Assembly (NCBI GenBank): GCA_022449945.1
Contig: JAKURM010000001.1
Coordinates: forward strand, 7,569 to 71,568
Direction: 5' to 3'
DNA: 64,000 nt
Origin: Candidatus Thalassarchaeum sp.
GTDB lineage: Archaea > Thermoplasmatota > Poseidoniia > Poseidoniales > Thalassarchaeaceae
In this document: one piece after another, positions 12,119 through 23,600 of the stretch
Layout: the number at the start of each line of letters is the position of its first letter
Position numbering within the stretch: the stretch's first letter is position 1
The notes under the pieces: model-generated
What the model was told of the DNA's origin: nothing
What the model saw: the letters and a program-made list of their open reading frames with translations, nothing else
Databases searched by the model: none
Program-made: the position numbers and the translations under genes

Positions 12119-13069
12119 ATGGGAAGTCGCCTCGGCACTGTGTTCTGTTCGGCGATCCTGCTTCTTTCGATATCCGCCACACCACTGAATGCTTCTGAAT
12201 CAGGTGATTCCGCCGAAGAGAGAATGATTTCCGTAATCGAAACTGTCCCTCATGATCCTGGTGCCTTTACGCAAGGCTTGGAGATTTTCAACGGAATACT
12301 GTTCGAAAGCACCGGTCTGTACGGGCACTCCGGCCTAAGGAAGGTCGATACAACCGATGGAAGCGTAATCAGTCAGGTTTCCATAGATGGGACGTACTTC
12401 GGCGAGGGAATTACAATATTCAACAACTCAGTTATTATGCTGACTTGGCGTAATGGTACTGCATTGGTCTTCGATTCTGAGGATCTTTCAGTAGAAGGAG
12501 AATTCAGTTACCAAGGTGAGGGCTGGGGCATATGTTTCAATGGCGATTTCCTAGTAATGTCCAATGGGACATCCTTGCTGACTTTTCGTGACCCAGATTC
12601 CTTTGAGTTCTCTCACAGTATCTCAGTGACTTGGAATGGAAACCCAGTTACAAGATTGAATGAACTCGAGTGCGTAGGGGAACTAATATTGGCCAATGTT
12701 TGGCTCCAAGATGTAATCGTGGCAATCAACTCTACAACGGGGAATGTCGAATACTCTGCATCTGCAGGGTTTCTTTCGGAGAATCAGGGCAGCACAGCAA
12801 ATGAGGTACTAAACGGAATTGCATTTGACAGTTCACGGCAAGGATTCTGGATTACTGGCAAGAACTGGACGGAGATGTATCTGGTAACTTTCGATTCACA
12901 AAACGGCGAATTGCTATCCGAATCAGGTAGCAAGAATGGGCATATGGAAATTAGCTCTGAGTTGCTGGTAATTGCAACTGTCATGGTTTTCTTTTTTACC
13001 GTGGTAATGCAGCGAAAAATGCCCAACTTCAAGGACCCCCCTAGGGGTGATGATGATGGTGACGGATGA
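12119..13069 (+). CDS. glutaminyl-peptide cyclotransferase (beta-propeller, plant/bacterial type), membrane anchored
   Basis: VPHDPGAFTQGLEIFNGILFESTGLYGHSGLRKVD...VIMLTWRNGTALVFD matches beta-propeller QC. N-terminal signal/anchor MGSRLGTVFCSAILLLSISA, C-terminal TM VIATVMVFFFTVVM. The ORF track starts at GTG 12011; in-frame ATGs at 12101 and 12119. Confidence 0.75.
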   Translation: MGSRLGTVFCSAILLLSISATPLNASESGDSAEERMISVIETVPHDPGAFTQGLEIFNGILFESTGLYGHSGLRKVDTTDGSVISQVSIDGTYFGEGITIFNNSVIMLTWRNGTALVFDSEDLSVEGEFSYQGEGWGICFNGDFLVMSNGTSLLTFRDPDSFEFSHSISVTWNGNPVTRLNELECVGELILANVWLQDVIVAINSTTGNVEYSASAGFLSENQGSTANEVLNGIAFDSSRQGFWITGKNWTEMYLVTFDSQNGELLSESGSKNGHMEISSELLVIATVMVFFFTVVMQRKMPNFKDPPRGDDDGDG

Positions 13070-13808
13070 GGGGGACTCAACGGGAATCGACCTCGAGTAC
13101 TTCTTCGAGGACCTTTCAGGCGAGGATTCAACTAGGATTGCCGGAGCTATTTTGATAATCATTGGAAGCATCTTGGGTGTCCAGCTAGGAATAATGCTAA
13201 TCTCTGCAGACCCCGGAGAAGTCCTATCTGGAAATCTAGACTCCACGACAAAGTACGCCGATGTTTCCGGCATTGTAAGCACTGCATTGGTTGACAATAA
13301 CACCGGCGGAGATCCAGTAGAAGGGGTGAAGGTCAGACTTCTAGGATCAGATGGAACCACCACGGGAAGGGAGACTTTCACGGATTCCAACGGACGCTTC
13401 ACAATTCCAGATGTCCTGAGAGAACCCTCCATCCTATCAGTCACCCATCCTGGTAACAATACCACTAAGATTTACTTGGTTCCAGGAGATAACGCTCAGA
13501 TTGCCGTTACCCTAACTCCTGGAAACGGCGAGCAGATTATCGATATATTGGTGGAGAGTGATTTGGGAGAATCTGTATCCTTGGCCACTGCAATAGCGGC
13601 TCTGACAATTCTTCTGGGTCTTGCAGGCTGCTATGGGTGTGTGGAGGCATACAGGGGTAGCAGCTACAGGAGATCTTGGTGGCTTGCATTCCTCGGACTT
13701 TGGAGCCGTGGTATGATATTCATTGGACCTCTATTAATCCTAACGGGTATGGGCCTGGTGACCCTAACTAGAGAGCAGTTTTCCGGAGGCAAGAACTCGA
13801 ATTCTTGA
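13050..13808 (+). CDS. membrane protein with carboxypeptidase-regulatory-like (CarbopepD_reg-like) beta-sandwich domain
   Basis: N-terminal TM, VKVRLLGSDGTTTGRETFTDSNGRFTIPDV motif, C-terminal TMs. Overlaps the QC 3' end by 20 nt. Confidence 0.45.
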   Translation: MMMVTDEGDSTGIDLEYFFEDLSGEDSTRIAGAILIIIGSILGVQLGIMLISADPGEVLSGNLDSTTKYADVSGIVSTALVDNNTGGDPVEGVKVRLLGSDGTTTGRETFTDSNGRFTIPDVLREPSILSVTHPGNNTTKIYLVPGDNAQIAVTLTPGNGEQIIDILVESDLGESVSLATAIAALTILLGLAGCYGCVEAYRGSSYRRSWWLAFLGLWSRGMIFIGPLLILTGMGLVTLTREQFSGGKNSNS

Positions 13809-13814
13809 TTGATC

Positions 13815-15155
13815 ATGTATCTGTTCTCAGTAGAGGGTGGAGACGGAAGTGGCAAGGGGCTAGCCACGAAGATCGTTTCCGATGTTCTGGAAAGGGAGTT
13901 TTCGTTTTCTTCTGTTGAAATTACCGGCGAACCACGTAGGGATCATGCATTGGGCCGCTTAGCAATAGATTCAGTCAGAAAGAAGACGATGACTCCCGAA
14001 CAAGAAGCCGGACTTTTTGCTGCAGATAGGTTGGACCACTCTCATGGTTGGATACTCCCTCGTTTATTGGAGGGAAAGGCAGTAGTTAGCGAGAGGAACA
14101 TCCACTCTTCATTGGTCTACCAAGGAATAGTAGGGGATGTTGGAGTCGATAGAGTTGCCCATATGAATTCAGCAGCCCTCATTCCCGATTTGTGTATTTG
14201 GATAGATTGCGACCCTGGCGTTGCAATGAAAAGAATTAGTAGCGAGACATTGAGGGGTGTTTCTAACAAGTCTGAGTATTTCGAGACAACAGACTTGCAG
14301 AAAAGAATTAGGGAGGGCTATGCAAACCTCCTTTCCGGAGATTTGGAGATGCCCACTCCGTTCGATATGGGTGCAATATTGGGGCCAATTTCCAATGAAG
14401 GCTCGCAGGATCAACTAAGGCGCTTCATTACGGACGGAATCCGGTCATTCTTACACGGCAAGCCCCCTCCGATAAATGTGGAGAAGGAACTCGTCGATCA
14501 ATTCCAGATTCGTTCCATGGTACGATTATCTCGAGGTCAGAGCAAACTCTCCGGCCTTGGAATTGAACCAGCAAAAAGCAAGACTGACTGGCTAGATGGG
14601 AATCCTCCGTGGAAGGTACTAAAGATGGCCCAACTCGCTCATGAGAAGGTCCTATCTTCGGCTTCGGATGAAGAAAGGCAGCACATGCCAAAAAATATCC
14701 TCAACCATTCGATGTCATCTATTTGTGGTACTTTGTCTCTTGTGCACACGGCAGACATCTCTGAACTCAGGTCTGCTATGGGTCCTGTGCGGTGCGTCTC
14801 CGAAAGACATACGCAGCGGACAGTAAAATTCCTCAAAGATCACTCAGGATGGATTTCACAACATAAGTCGCTAATCGGAAGAGATGCACCGCGTTCACAA
14901 TTGAAGGAGGAAAATTTCCCTTTTGGGAGGCTCGTTCTAGCAATCTGGCCATTCAGAAGGGAGATCAGGAAATGGCAGACTGCCAATCCCGGTACACACC
15001 CGAGATTTTGCATGGGACAACTAGTCAAGTCTGAAAGGTTTGAATCAGCGACTCACGATTCGATTGCAAGACTTTCCATCCTTGGGAGTGGGAGGGGTGG
15101 GATTGATACTCCTCAAAATCCCGATTCTCTGGTGGATTGGTGGACTGGGAAGTAG
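13815..15155 (+). CDS. tmk: thymidylate kinase fused to ~250-aa uncharacterised C-terminal domain
   Basis: N-terminus LFSVEGGDGSGKG (P-loop), DRxxxS region; typical TMPK is ~200 aa but the ORF continues to 447 aa. Start ATG is 7 nt after the upstream stop. Confidence 0.7.
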   Translation: MYLFSVEGGDGSGKGLATKIVSDVLEREFSFSSVEITGEPRRDHALGRLAIDSVRKKTMTPEQEAGLFAADRLDHSHGWILPRLLEGKAVVSERNIHSSLVYQGIVGDVGVDRVAHMNSAALIPDLCIWIDCDPGVAMKRISSETLRGVSNKSEYFETTDLQKRIREGYANLLSGDLEMPTPFDMGAILGPISNEGSQDQLRRFITDGIRSFLHGKPPPINVEKELVDQFQIRSMVRLSRGQSKLSGLGIEPAKSKTDWLDGNPPWKVLKMAQLAHEKVLSSASDEERQHMPKNILNHSMSSICGTLSLVHTADISELRSAMGPVRCVSERHTQRTVKFLKDHSGWISQHKSLIGRDAPRSQLKEENFPFGRLVLAIWPFRREIRKWQTANPGTHPRFCMGQLVKSERFESATHDSIARLSILGSGRGGIDTPQNPDSLVDWWTGK

Positions 15156-15161
15156 TATTCT

Positions 15162-15932
15162 CTACTTTGTAACCAGCCTAGATTCGGCTGGAAGCAGTAC
15201 ATTACCCGGGCCTTTGAATTTGTTTGGTCGTGCAGAGAATGCCGAGCAGAACCACCATCCGCCCATTATGCCTGCTATCGCCCCAGTTAGGAGCCTAAGC
15301 GGGTTGTTCGATTCGTATGACGAAAGAAGTAGTTGGCTGAATCCATCTCTCACCATTGGAATAAGCCCCAAACCCATAATTGCAAAGACTGCAATGAGAC
15401 GCTTGTCATTGTGATACAGCGATTCCGTATTTTCGTCAGGGAGAACCGATAGGAATGTGTCCCTAATCGTCCATCTGTTGAAACCTCTGTAGTAGAATAT
15501 CGCGCATCCTATTGCAAATCCAAGGAAAATTCCTATATCTCTGGCGCATACTGGAAGCTGGTTGCCATTTATCTCCCAAGATCTGTAGTGTTTTTGATGG
15601 CAGTTGAGATCTCCAAAACCGTATGTAAAGGCAAAAACTGGATTCAGTTCCATCCAAGCAAATGAACCACCGTGCTCCGACTGATTGTGCCCTATTCCCG
15701 AACCACCCCGATGCTCTCCATTCCCCCAGCTATCGTGATAGGCATAGTCAATCGCGTTTGCCCTCCCAGAAAGCTCCGGTACAGAGCCTGCCGGTAGGAT
15801 TGCTGGAGCCAAGAAGCACAATACTAGGTAGGCCGCAGTAATCCCGCCAAGAATCTTGGAAACCCTGGTCTCCCTGAGGCGTTCTGTCAGCCCATTCTTC
15901 TGGATTTCCAATTCGTTCACTGAACTTCCCAA
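15162..15932 (-). CDS. DUF2085-family membrane protein
   Basis: 256 aa, multi-TM, conserved CHQ...PVCARD motif (LNCHQKHYRSWEINGNQLPVCARDIGIF). Confidence 0.55.
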   Translation of the reverse strand: MGSSVNELEIQKNGLTERLRETRVSKILGGITAAYLVLCFLAPAILPAGSVPELSGRANAIDYAYHDSWGNGEHRGGSGIGHNQSEHGGSFAWMELNPVFAFTYGFGDLNCHQKHYRSWEINGNQLPVCARDIGIFLGFAIGCAIFYYRGFNRWTIRDTFLSVLPDENTESLYHNDKRLIAVFAIMGLGLIPMVRDGFSQLLLSSYESNNPLRLLTGAIAGIMGGWWFCSAFSARPNKFKGPGNVLLPAESRLVTK

Positions 15933-16138
15933 TTTGACCGCAGTTATAGCCTTCTCTTAATTTTTTGAATAGTCTGGAACTCCTTCGCAGCAGGCTTCCA
16001 CTACTGTCCTACAGATAGGGCACTCCATGTGTTGTCGAACTGGCACGGCTCTACCACGGAATCCGCATAGGCAGGAAATTTCACTGCAATGGTCAACATC
16101 CATGCTCCTGCTGAGAGTAGATGGTCCAAATCAATTGC

Positions 16139-17248
16139 CTATGTTTTCTGGTACAAGCCCTCAAGCTCTTCGGTTAGCATTCCGACCAGCCAATTGTGCA
16201 TTGTCTCGCTCCCCATTTCGGAAAGAGTCGAGTTAAGGAAAGCTGCTATTAGGGCCCTTTTGGCTTCTGAACTATCGTATCCTCTTGATTCAAGGTAGAA
16301 TAACTGGTCTTCATCAATCGGCCCATTTGCAGTCCCATGCCCACATCCAACTACCTCATTCTCCATTACTTCAAGCTCTGGAATGGAGTCAGCCTCAGCA
16401 TTTGGAGAAAGCAAAAGGTTGTGGAAAATCTGGGCCGCGTCGGCCCCCCGCGATCCTTCGGCAACTCTGAGCATCCCAGTCCCAATCGTTCTGCTTTCGC
16501 CACCGCATGCAGAATGCCAAGACAATCTGCTAAAGGTTTCTGGCGCATCGTGCTGTATCTCGATGTGGTGATCTAGGTGCATCTTTTCAGCCGACATCAC
16601 AGATCCCAGAACCCTCAAGTTCCCTCCTCTTTCTCCCATCCTGAAGCGCAAGTCAGCCTTGGTTTTCTCAGAACCTGATGATATCGTCCCTGCCCTTAGG
16701 TGAGCGTCTCTTCCAACGCTAATCAAGTCAGAGCGTAGCACTGTTCCTCTATTGGCTAGGTTAATCACGATGTCATTCACGATTGACCCATTTCCAATCA
16801 GTCCAGAACGCATGAACCCAAACCAATCGCTAGCCCCCACTATCCTGGTAACAATCTCAATGTTAACTCTGCTCTCAACTTCAATACCTAGGTGAAGTAC
16901 GGACGGATTTTCCCCGACATCAATCTCTAATATCACTGGATTTTCCGATGAGAATCCAGAATCCACTTCCAAGGTGTACTGCGATTCAGTGGAGGCAGCA
17001 ATAAGGAAATTACTGGTCAACTCATCATTTTTCGGGAGTCCCGAGGGAATTGATGCACCCTTAACCAGCCTCACTCCTTCTGGCGTACCCTCTGATTCGA
17101 TGGACATCAGCTTCAAACTTGGCCCGTCGAATAGGGGTATCTCATCTATCTTGCCTGTAGGGTGCACTCTTCTCCAGGGGGTGTATCTCCAAAGATGGCT
17201 GGACCTATCCGGCTCTCCCAATGACCGGTACTCCGATGCAGCGTCCAA
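16139..17248 (-). CDS. sufD: Fe-S cluster assembly protein SufD
   Basis: 369 aa. Beta-helix repeat region and C-terminal ...FYLESRGYDSSEAKRALIAAF typical of SufB/SufD. Immediately downstream of sufB. Confidence 0.8.
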   Translation of the reverse strand: MDAASEYRSLGEPDRSSHLWRYTPWRRVHPTGKIDEIPLFDGPSLKLMSIESEGTPEGVRLVKGASIPSGLPKNDELTSNFLIAASTESQYTLEVDSGFSSENPVILEIDVGENPSVLHLGIEVESRVNIEIVTRIVGASDWFGFMRSGLIGNGSIVNDIVINLANRGTVLRSDLISVGRDAHLRAGTISSGSEKTKADLRFRMGERGGNLRVLGSVMSAEKMHLDHHIEIQHDAPETFSRLSWHSACGGESRTIGTGMLRVAEGSRGADAAQIFHNLLLSPNAEADSIPELEVMENEVVGCGHGTANGPIDEDQLFYLESRGYDSSEAKRALIAAFLNSTLSEMGSETMHNWLVGMLTEELEGLYQKT

Positions 17249-17256
17249 GCTCCCAC

Positions 17257-18669
17257 CTATCCGATGCTTCCTTCCATTTCTAGGGCCATGAGTTGGTTCA
17301 ACTCTACGGCATATTCCATCGGCAATTCCCTAGTAAATGGTTCAAAAAATCCATTGACTATCATTGCCAGAGCCTCTTCCTCTGAGTGACCCCTGCTCAT
17401 AAGGTAGAACAATTGTTCATCACTGACTTTGGATACACTTGCCTCATGTTCGCATCTTGCTGTGGGGTTGGAAACTTCCATGGTCGGATAGGTGTCTGAT
17501 CTACTGGATTCGTCAAGTATCAGGGCATCACAAACTACGTTTAACTTACAGTTTTCGGCCTTCGGCGAAACAGTAACCATTCCCCTATAGGAACCCCTTC
17601 CACCATTCTTGCTGATACTTTTCGATAAAATCTTGCTAGTGGTGTTTGAAGCTAGATGGTGAATTTTTGCACCTGCGTCCTGATGCTGACCCTCTCCGGA
17701 ATACGCTACTGAGATGACCTCTGCATGGCTCCCTTCGCCCTTGAGGATAACAGCTGGGTACTTCATCGTCAACTTGCTCCCTATGTTGCCATCAACCCAT
17801 TCAATAGTTGCATTCTCATGGGCAATCCCCCTCTTGGTAACAAGATTGTATACATTGGAGCTCCAATTTTGAACTGTGGAGTATCTGATATGCGCTCCAG
17901 GTAGAGCAATCAGTTCTACAACCGCGGAATGCAAAGAGTCAGTAGAGTATGTAGGGGCCGTGCAACCCTCGACGTAATGGATGCTGCTTCCTTCATCGGC
18001 GATGATTAGGGTTCTTTCGAACTGCCCCATGTTCTTTGCGTTAATCCTGAAGTAAGCTTGGACGGGCATTTCAACTTTAATTCCCTTTGGGACATAAATG
18101 AACGAACCCCCGGACCAAACTGCCGTGTTGAGGGCAGAGAATTTATTGTCTGTAAGTGGCACAACCGAGCAAAACCATTTCTTCACAATTTCAGGATATT
18201 CCCTTAATCCGCTGTCCATGTCAAGGAAAATCACCCCTTGCTCTTCCAAGTCCCCTCTTATGCTATGGTAAACTGCCTCTGATTCGTATTGTGCCGTAAC
18301 GCCTGAGAGCCACTTCTGCTCGGCTTCTGGAATGCCCAGCTTGTCGAATGTGTTACGGATGTCCTCCGGAACATCTTCCCAGTTTTTCTCTGTTGCATCA
18401 GATGAACGAAGGTAGTAGCAAATCTTGTCAAAGTCAATCTCTTCCAGCATCGAAGTATTGCCCCAATTTGGCATCGGCCTCTCCATGAAGTGGTGGAATG
18501 CTTTGACTCTGATTTCAGTCATCCAGGCAGGCTCATTTTTGAGGGATGAAATCTCCCTAACTACTTCCTCAGATAGCCCGAAATCAAACCTAATCGTAGA
18601 ATTCTCTGGATCATGCCATCCGGCCTTGTAGTCTCCAACAGCTTCTCGCGCTTCTTTGTTTTCGACCAT
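17257..18669 (-). CDS. sufB: Fe-S cluster assembly protein SufB
   Basis: 470 aa, strongly SufB-like (…[58 protein letters not shown]…). Confidence 0.9.
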   Translation of the reverse strand: MVENKEAREAVGDYKAGWHDPENSTIRFDFGLSEEVVREISSLKNEPAWMTEIRVKAFHHFMERPMPNWGNTSMLEEIDFDKICYYLRSSDATEKNWEDVPEDIRNTFDKLGIPEAEQKWLSGVTAQYESEAVYHSIRGDLEEQGVIFLDMDSGLREYPEIVKKWFCSVVPLTDNKFSALNTAVWSGGSFIYVPKGIKVEMPVQAYFRINAKNMGQFERTLIIADEGSSIHYVEGCTAPTYSTDSLHSAVVELIALPGAHIRYSTVQNWSSNVYNLVTKRGIAHENATIEWVDGNIGSKLTMKYPAVILKGEGSHAEVISVAYSGEGQHQDAGAKIHHLASNTTSKILSKSISKNGGRGSYRGMVTVSPKAENCKLNVVCDALILDESSRSDTYPTMEVSNPTARCEHEASVSKVSDEQLFYLMSRGHSEEEALAMIVNGFFEPFTRELPMEYAVELNQLMALEMEGSIG

Positions 18670-18675
18670 TCTCTC

Positions 18676-19443
18676 TCACTCCTGTTGAAGCCATTCGTAC
18701 CCTTGTTCTTCAAGTTTTGTCGCCAGCTCAGGTCCTCCGGATGAAACGATTATACCATCCATCAGAACATGCACTTTGTCTGGATTGATGTGTTCTAGTA
18801 TTCTAGAATAGTGAGTAATAATTAGGGCTCCAGAATCGGAATCTCTGATAGCGGCATTAATGCCTTCCGAAACCGTCCTAATTCCATCTATATCCAAGCC
18901 ACTGTCCGTCTCATCCAGTACGGCCAGTTTGGGTTTCAATAGCATCAATTGGAGAATTTCGAAACGCTTCTTTTCCCCTCCACTGAATCCATCGTTTACA
19001 TATCTGGCCAAGAAGCTTCTCGGAACATCGAGAGATTCCATCGCTTTGCTAAGATCCTCTCTGAAAATCGAACCCTTCGCCGCCTCTTCGCCTCTAATGC
19101 TAGAGACTGACTTTCTGAGGAAGTTCCCAACCTGTAGCCCTGGAACTGCTTGAGGATATTGGAAGGATAGGAAAACGCCTGCCCTGGCCCTTTCCCAAGC
19201 CTCCATTTCCAGAAGGTCTTCGCCATCTAGGATCACTTCGCCTTTCTCTACCTCAAATTCCGGATGCCCCATGATTACATTTGCAGTAGTTGTCTTCCCA
19301 CTACCATTCCTTCCCATAATTGCATGAATCTCTCCGGGTCCGATTTCTAGATCGATCCCCTTCAATATTTGATTGCCATCAATCCCTGCATGCAGGCCCT
19401 TAATTTCGAGCAATGCGTTGCTTCCCGCCATGTTATCAATCAA
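18676..19443 (-). CDS. sufC: Fe-S cluster assembly ATPase SufC
   Basis: 255 aa. Walker A GRNGSGKTT, ABC signature FSGGEKKR, Walker B LAVLDETDSGLD. Confidence 0.9.
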   Translation of the reverse strand: MIDNMAGSNALLEIKGLHAGIDGNQILKGIDLEIGPGEIHAIMGRNGSGKTTTANVIMGHPEFEVEKGEVILDGEDLLEMEAWERARAGVFLSFQYPQAVPGLQVGNFLRKSVSSIRGEEAAKGSIFREDLSKAMESLDVPRSFLARYVNDGFSGGEKKRFEILQLMLLKPKLAVLDETDSGLDIDGIRTVSEGINAAIRDSDSGALIITHYSRILEHINPDKVHVLMDGIIVSSGGPELATKLEEQGYEWLQQE

Positions 19444-19518
19444 TGCGGGAATTAGGAGACTTTTGAATCTCTCTTCCCTCCCCGTTCATCCTAAATCACA
19501 CAAACATCTCGCGAATCC

Positions 19519-20016
19519 ATGGATGGCGGGGACGACTCCGATGTAAATCCCATCGAAGACCTCGAGGAACTGTACAAGGAGCAGATTCAGGAATTGATGG
19601 AGAAGGAGTCAAAGAGGATAGTCTCTGAAAACACAGATCCCTCTGAAATTAGTAGGCTACAGTCCCTTTCCGTAGTGGATTTGTTCGAACGCGGCGACAG
19701 TGATATTGTTCCCGCATTGATGGCTCGCTTAGGTCCCGTCAGAGCAGCATTGGATGGGCATGGTGGCGCATTGGTGGTTACCGATGGCGTTGTAGAGGAA
19801 TCGAATGATGGCCGAAGGGTCATCTCCCTTATTTTGGACCTTGATGGTGCATGCGTATCTTGCGGAGCGGCACCAGGTACACTGAAAGGAATCCAGGACG
19901 ACCTTCTTGCAGAGAATGAGATTTCTTCCGTACGCTTTACTTCATCTATGCTGGAATGGTTTGATGAGATTCAGAAGGAGTTTGTTCTAGAGCATGGTGG
20001 CGTGACATTCGTCTAA
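19519..20016 (+). CDS. NifU/Nfu-like Fe-S scaffold domain protein with acidic N-terminal region
   Basis: C-terminal LDLDGACVSCGAAPGTLKGIQDDL (CxxC Nfu motif). Divergent from the sufCBD operon. Confidence 0.6.
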   Translation: MDGGDDSDVNPIEDLEELYKEQIQELMEKESKRIVSENTDPSEISRLQSLSVVDLFERGDSDIVPALMARLGPVRAALDGHGGALVVTDGVVEESNDGRRVISLILDLDGACVSCGAAPGTLKGIQDDLLAENEISSVRFTSSMLEWFDEIQKEFVLEHGGVTFV

Positions 20017-20663
20017 CCAATCAAGTCAACCAACCTGTGTATTGCTCTAGGGGAAAATCCGAGAACGGCTTCATCCCTGCCTTCAATCAAGGTTACGAAA
20101 TCAGCCGCCTCTCCGGCTATATCGTAACCCCCTGCCTTGCCCATCCAGGAGCCACTGTTGACGAGCGTCACTACTCCCTCCTCCCCTATGTCCTCGAATT
20201 CAACTATGGAGAAATCGGTCCAGAGCTCTACGGCCCAACCTTTGATAAAATAAATCGAATCTCCATCCTCGCCCTTCAGAACGAAACCGGGAGGATATGC
20301 TATTGCAGTTGATGACCAAACTCTATGCCTCCTGCCGGAAAGACGGATTAGCATCCCAGCAGCCTTTAGATGACCCGTAGGTTTACCCAACGGAAGCTTC
20401 GAGTCATCGGGGTCCTCGACCAGGGTGTCTGCCACAACCATTAATCGACCCCTAGGGTTAATTTTCGCCGATTCCAATATTGCATTTTCTGCCTTGTGAA
20501 GGCAAGCTGCTTCTACTTGATTGCTTACTTCTGAACCGTATATTGGCTCGGGCTCCGGCTCCATGATCGAGCAGAACTCCAGGCTTACGCCCATCCCCTT
20601 GACTCTAGAAGAAAGCCATTCTCTTCTCCTAGTCGACTCGGAGGCGAGAATTATCGAATCCAT
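20013..20663 (-). CDS. maf: Maf-like nucleoside triphosphate pyrophosphatase
   Basis: MDSIILASESTRRREWL matches the Maf N-terminal motif. Start taken at the internal ATG (20663), 8 nt after the subtilase stop. Confidence 0.7.
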   Translation of the reverse strand: MDSIILASESTRRREWLSSRVKGMGVSLEFCSIMEPEPEPIYGSEVSNQVEAACLHKAENAILESAKINPRGRLMVVADTLVEDPDDSKLPLGKPTGHLKAAGMLIRLSGRRHRVWSSTAIAYPPGFVLKGEDGDSIYFIKGWAVELWTDFSIVEFEDIGEEGVVTLVNSGSWMGKAGGYDIAGEAADFVTLIEGRDEAVLGFSPRAIHRLVDLIG

Positions 20664-20671
20664 TTGAATCC

Positions 20672-23600
20672 TCAGAGGTCTACTCTTTCTCCGCAAACGG
20701 GGCATTTGGTAGCGACAACTCCCTCGCCCGCGGAGAACCTTCCCCCACAGTTTGCACAAATTGTCGGTTTCCCTCCGACGAACTGACTTCCGGGTGCAAT
20801 ATCGGGGAATGGCAATTTATCCGGACTAACAACTTCTCCTTCTAAGATTTCAGCATCAGAAATAGGCATGCTGCCGGACTCGGCCCTTTTCTCTCTGCGC
20901 CCCCTCCTAGCGGAGGCCCCCGTGTCTTGCTCGGAACTCGACTCTACCAACTCAACCAAATTGGCATCTACTGAAATGTCGGAATCATCGACCAAGTCAA
21001 CTATGTCATCCTCCATTCGCACTTGGGTGCCATCATCGATAGCCCTTCTCTTGCCAATCCACCTAATTCCTTGGGCAGAAAGTGATACTAGTGTCACTAG
21101 GCCAAGAATGAGAATTGCGAAGGCTACTCCAATCACTAGAATCTCAAAACTTTCCTGGTCAAGTCCCAATGATGATCTTACCCGATCAACCAGGTCAACA
21201 TCCCTGATATCGCTGTCATCGTCAATTAGGGACCTGATTTGCCAACCGCTCGGAGTAGAGACAACTAGCATGCTTTCCCCGAGTTCGGGCGATCTATCTG
21301 CCATTTCGAATTGCCCTGAGACAATGACATTGGAAAGCCCGATCCAATTCCCCTCATAGCTGACTTTTCCGAATTCCACTTGAGGCCCATATGGCCCAAC
21401 TCTGTCGAAAATCACCTGCAAGCCATTAGCCGTCTCGATGATCTCCGAACCTGTCATCCCTCTAGCAGGGATTCGAGACTCCATTCCCTCTTCAGCTTTG
21501 AATCTTGAATCCGCCACAATCGAGACCAATTCCGAGTCTTGGGGGTCTCCCTCTCTCCAGATTGCGATTATACGATCCTCCTTGTCCTCAACAACAACGG
21601 CCAATTCAGGAAATGAAGCTTCATCCCCTACTGCCTTCTTGTAACTCCATGTCGAGTCAGAAATCCCCCCATGGGCATACCATAGGCCAATCCTCTCAAC
21701 TCCTGTTGTGTCGTTCCTACTTGTCTGGTAAAGGAGATGGCCCTGTTCATGCCCGAACTCTATTGCAAGCGGTTCTGATAATGATGGTGGAACATCTATG
21801 TCCGAAATTATGCTCGGATTTTGCGTCCAATCAGAAGAAGAGACCGGAGCATCAGCGTATATGGTGAAGATGTTTGTAACATCATCCATGGTTCCTCCTG
21901 TGAAAATATCCCTGTGGTAACCTGCAACGATGATTTCTGTATCCTTAACATCCAAGTCAACTCCCCAGTATTTTCCATCCGAAAGTGGCATTCCACCTAG
22001 GAGGTCTTGAATCGGGGCCATTCTGCATGTCGGGTCAATTGTCGAGTAGCTCACTGTCTGCATTAGGAAGCCGTTCGAGTCCAAATACCTCCTAGTCCAA
22101 ACTAGATGTGCATAGCCATCTTGAGTACTATGCACTGCTAGGTCTCCCGACCAACGATCCTCCATGATGTTGGTACATTGAATTAGTGACTTTGAAGGAG
22201 TAAGGCGGTAAAGGTACAGAGTCCCTTCCTTTTCGCTAATCAATATGTCACCCTCTTTTTTGTCAATACTGATTATCTCTATGGGTTCTTCCCCGATGTT
22301 GATATCAGCCGCCCTCGGCCCGGTCAAGGTTGAGCTGTCTACAAGGATCGTCTTGGACAGGTCATTGTTTGACCAGTCCAGGTCACTTCCATCTTCCACA
22401 ATCGCATTTATCCTGATATCCCTAGGACCAGAACCGTTTGGTGTGTAGTAGAAAGAAATCGTTGAGTGGGAACCTCCCAAGACAAATGGAGTGCTAGAGT
22501 TGCCAATCTGCTCCCACCCCCTCTCGGTCTTCTCTTCGAGAATACCAATCACTTCCATTGAATCTGTGGAACCTAGATTGTCCACCCTTGCCTCTATGAT
22601 GACTTGTTCTCCCGGCCGAGGAACTGCCGGACTGGTTGATATTGAGCCAGACCTAATTGCCAGGTCGACTCCTGGTGGCCTAGGGAGAACGGCGAATGTC
22701 CCAGAAAGTTGATTGTTCGAATCGTCCAATTCTTGAATAGAGTTCAACGGATCGATTGTAATTCCAATCTGCGCATCTCCTTCTGTACTTGGGTTCCAGT
22801 ACAGTACAATCTCTACGAATTCTCCAGTGTCTATGTTCGGGATGACGTACTCGTCTCTTCTAGAACCGCTTTCCTCCAGAATCACTCCGACATCGGTTGC
22901 CGCCTTGTCGCCGGTATTGCGCATAGTTGCCCTGACTTCCAGGAAAGTGTTAACATACGCCTCTTTCATTGGTATACCAAACTCTTGGACTGAGATCGAA
23001 CTACTTACGAACTGCAAATCTGGCTGTGGAGGGACATTGTCTACTACAACGAATCTACGTATCTCATCCGTAACTACTCCCGGGGCACTGATGAGCCTGA
23101 CAGACAGCCTATACTCGTCGTCTTTGACATTAGTGGTATCCCAGTTGAAACTCCAATCTTTCCATCCATAGTCCCCTTCGACGCACCGGGTGTCGCTTTG
23201 CTCTTCCCTGAACATGTGTACGCAGTATGGGTGATCGTCTACTTCGCCCGGACTGGAGCCATGCCCTATTCCATATGCGTCCCAGGTACCATCACTGTAG
23301 AATGCCCCTTCTTCCCAGTCCTCACTATCCAACCTCCATTGAATTGTTCCATTGAAAACCGATTGGAATTGACCCCTGACCTGCACAGATCCCGATACTT
23401 CATCAAGCCCGCTTGGTGACTCCAGGGTGATGTTGACCCTCCCAACCGGGAATGAGAACTCCGTGGTATTGCTCCATCTGCCGATATCGTTTCTTGCAGC
23501 AACCTCTCCATATACCATCACTTCACTGTACTCTTCGGGCAAATTGGGGACCGTGAAGGGGACGGTCCAATTGGTGATCCCGATTGGATTAGTCCAATCT

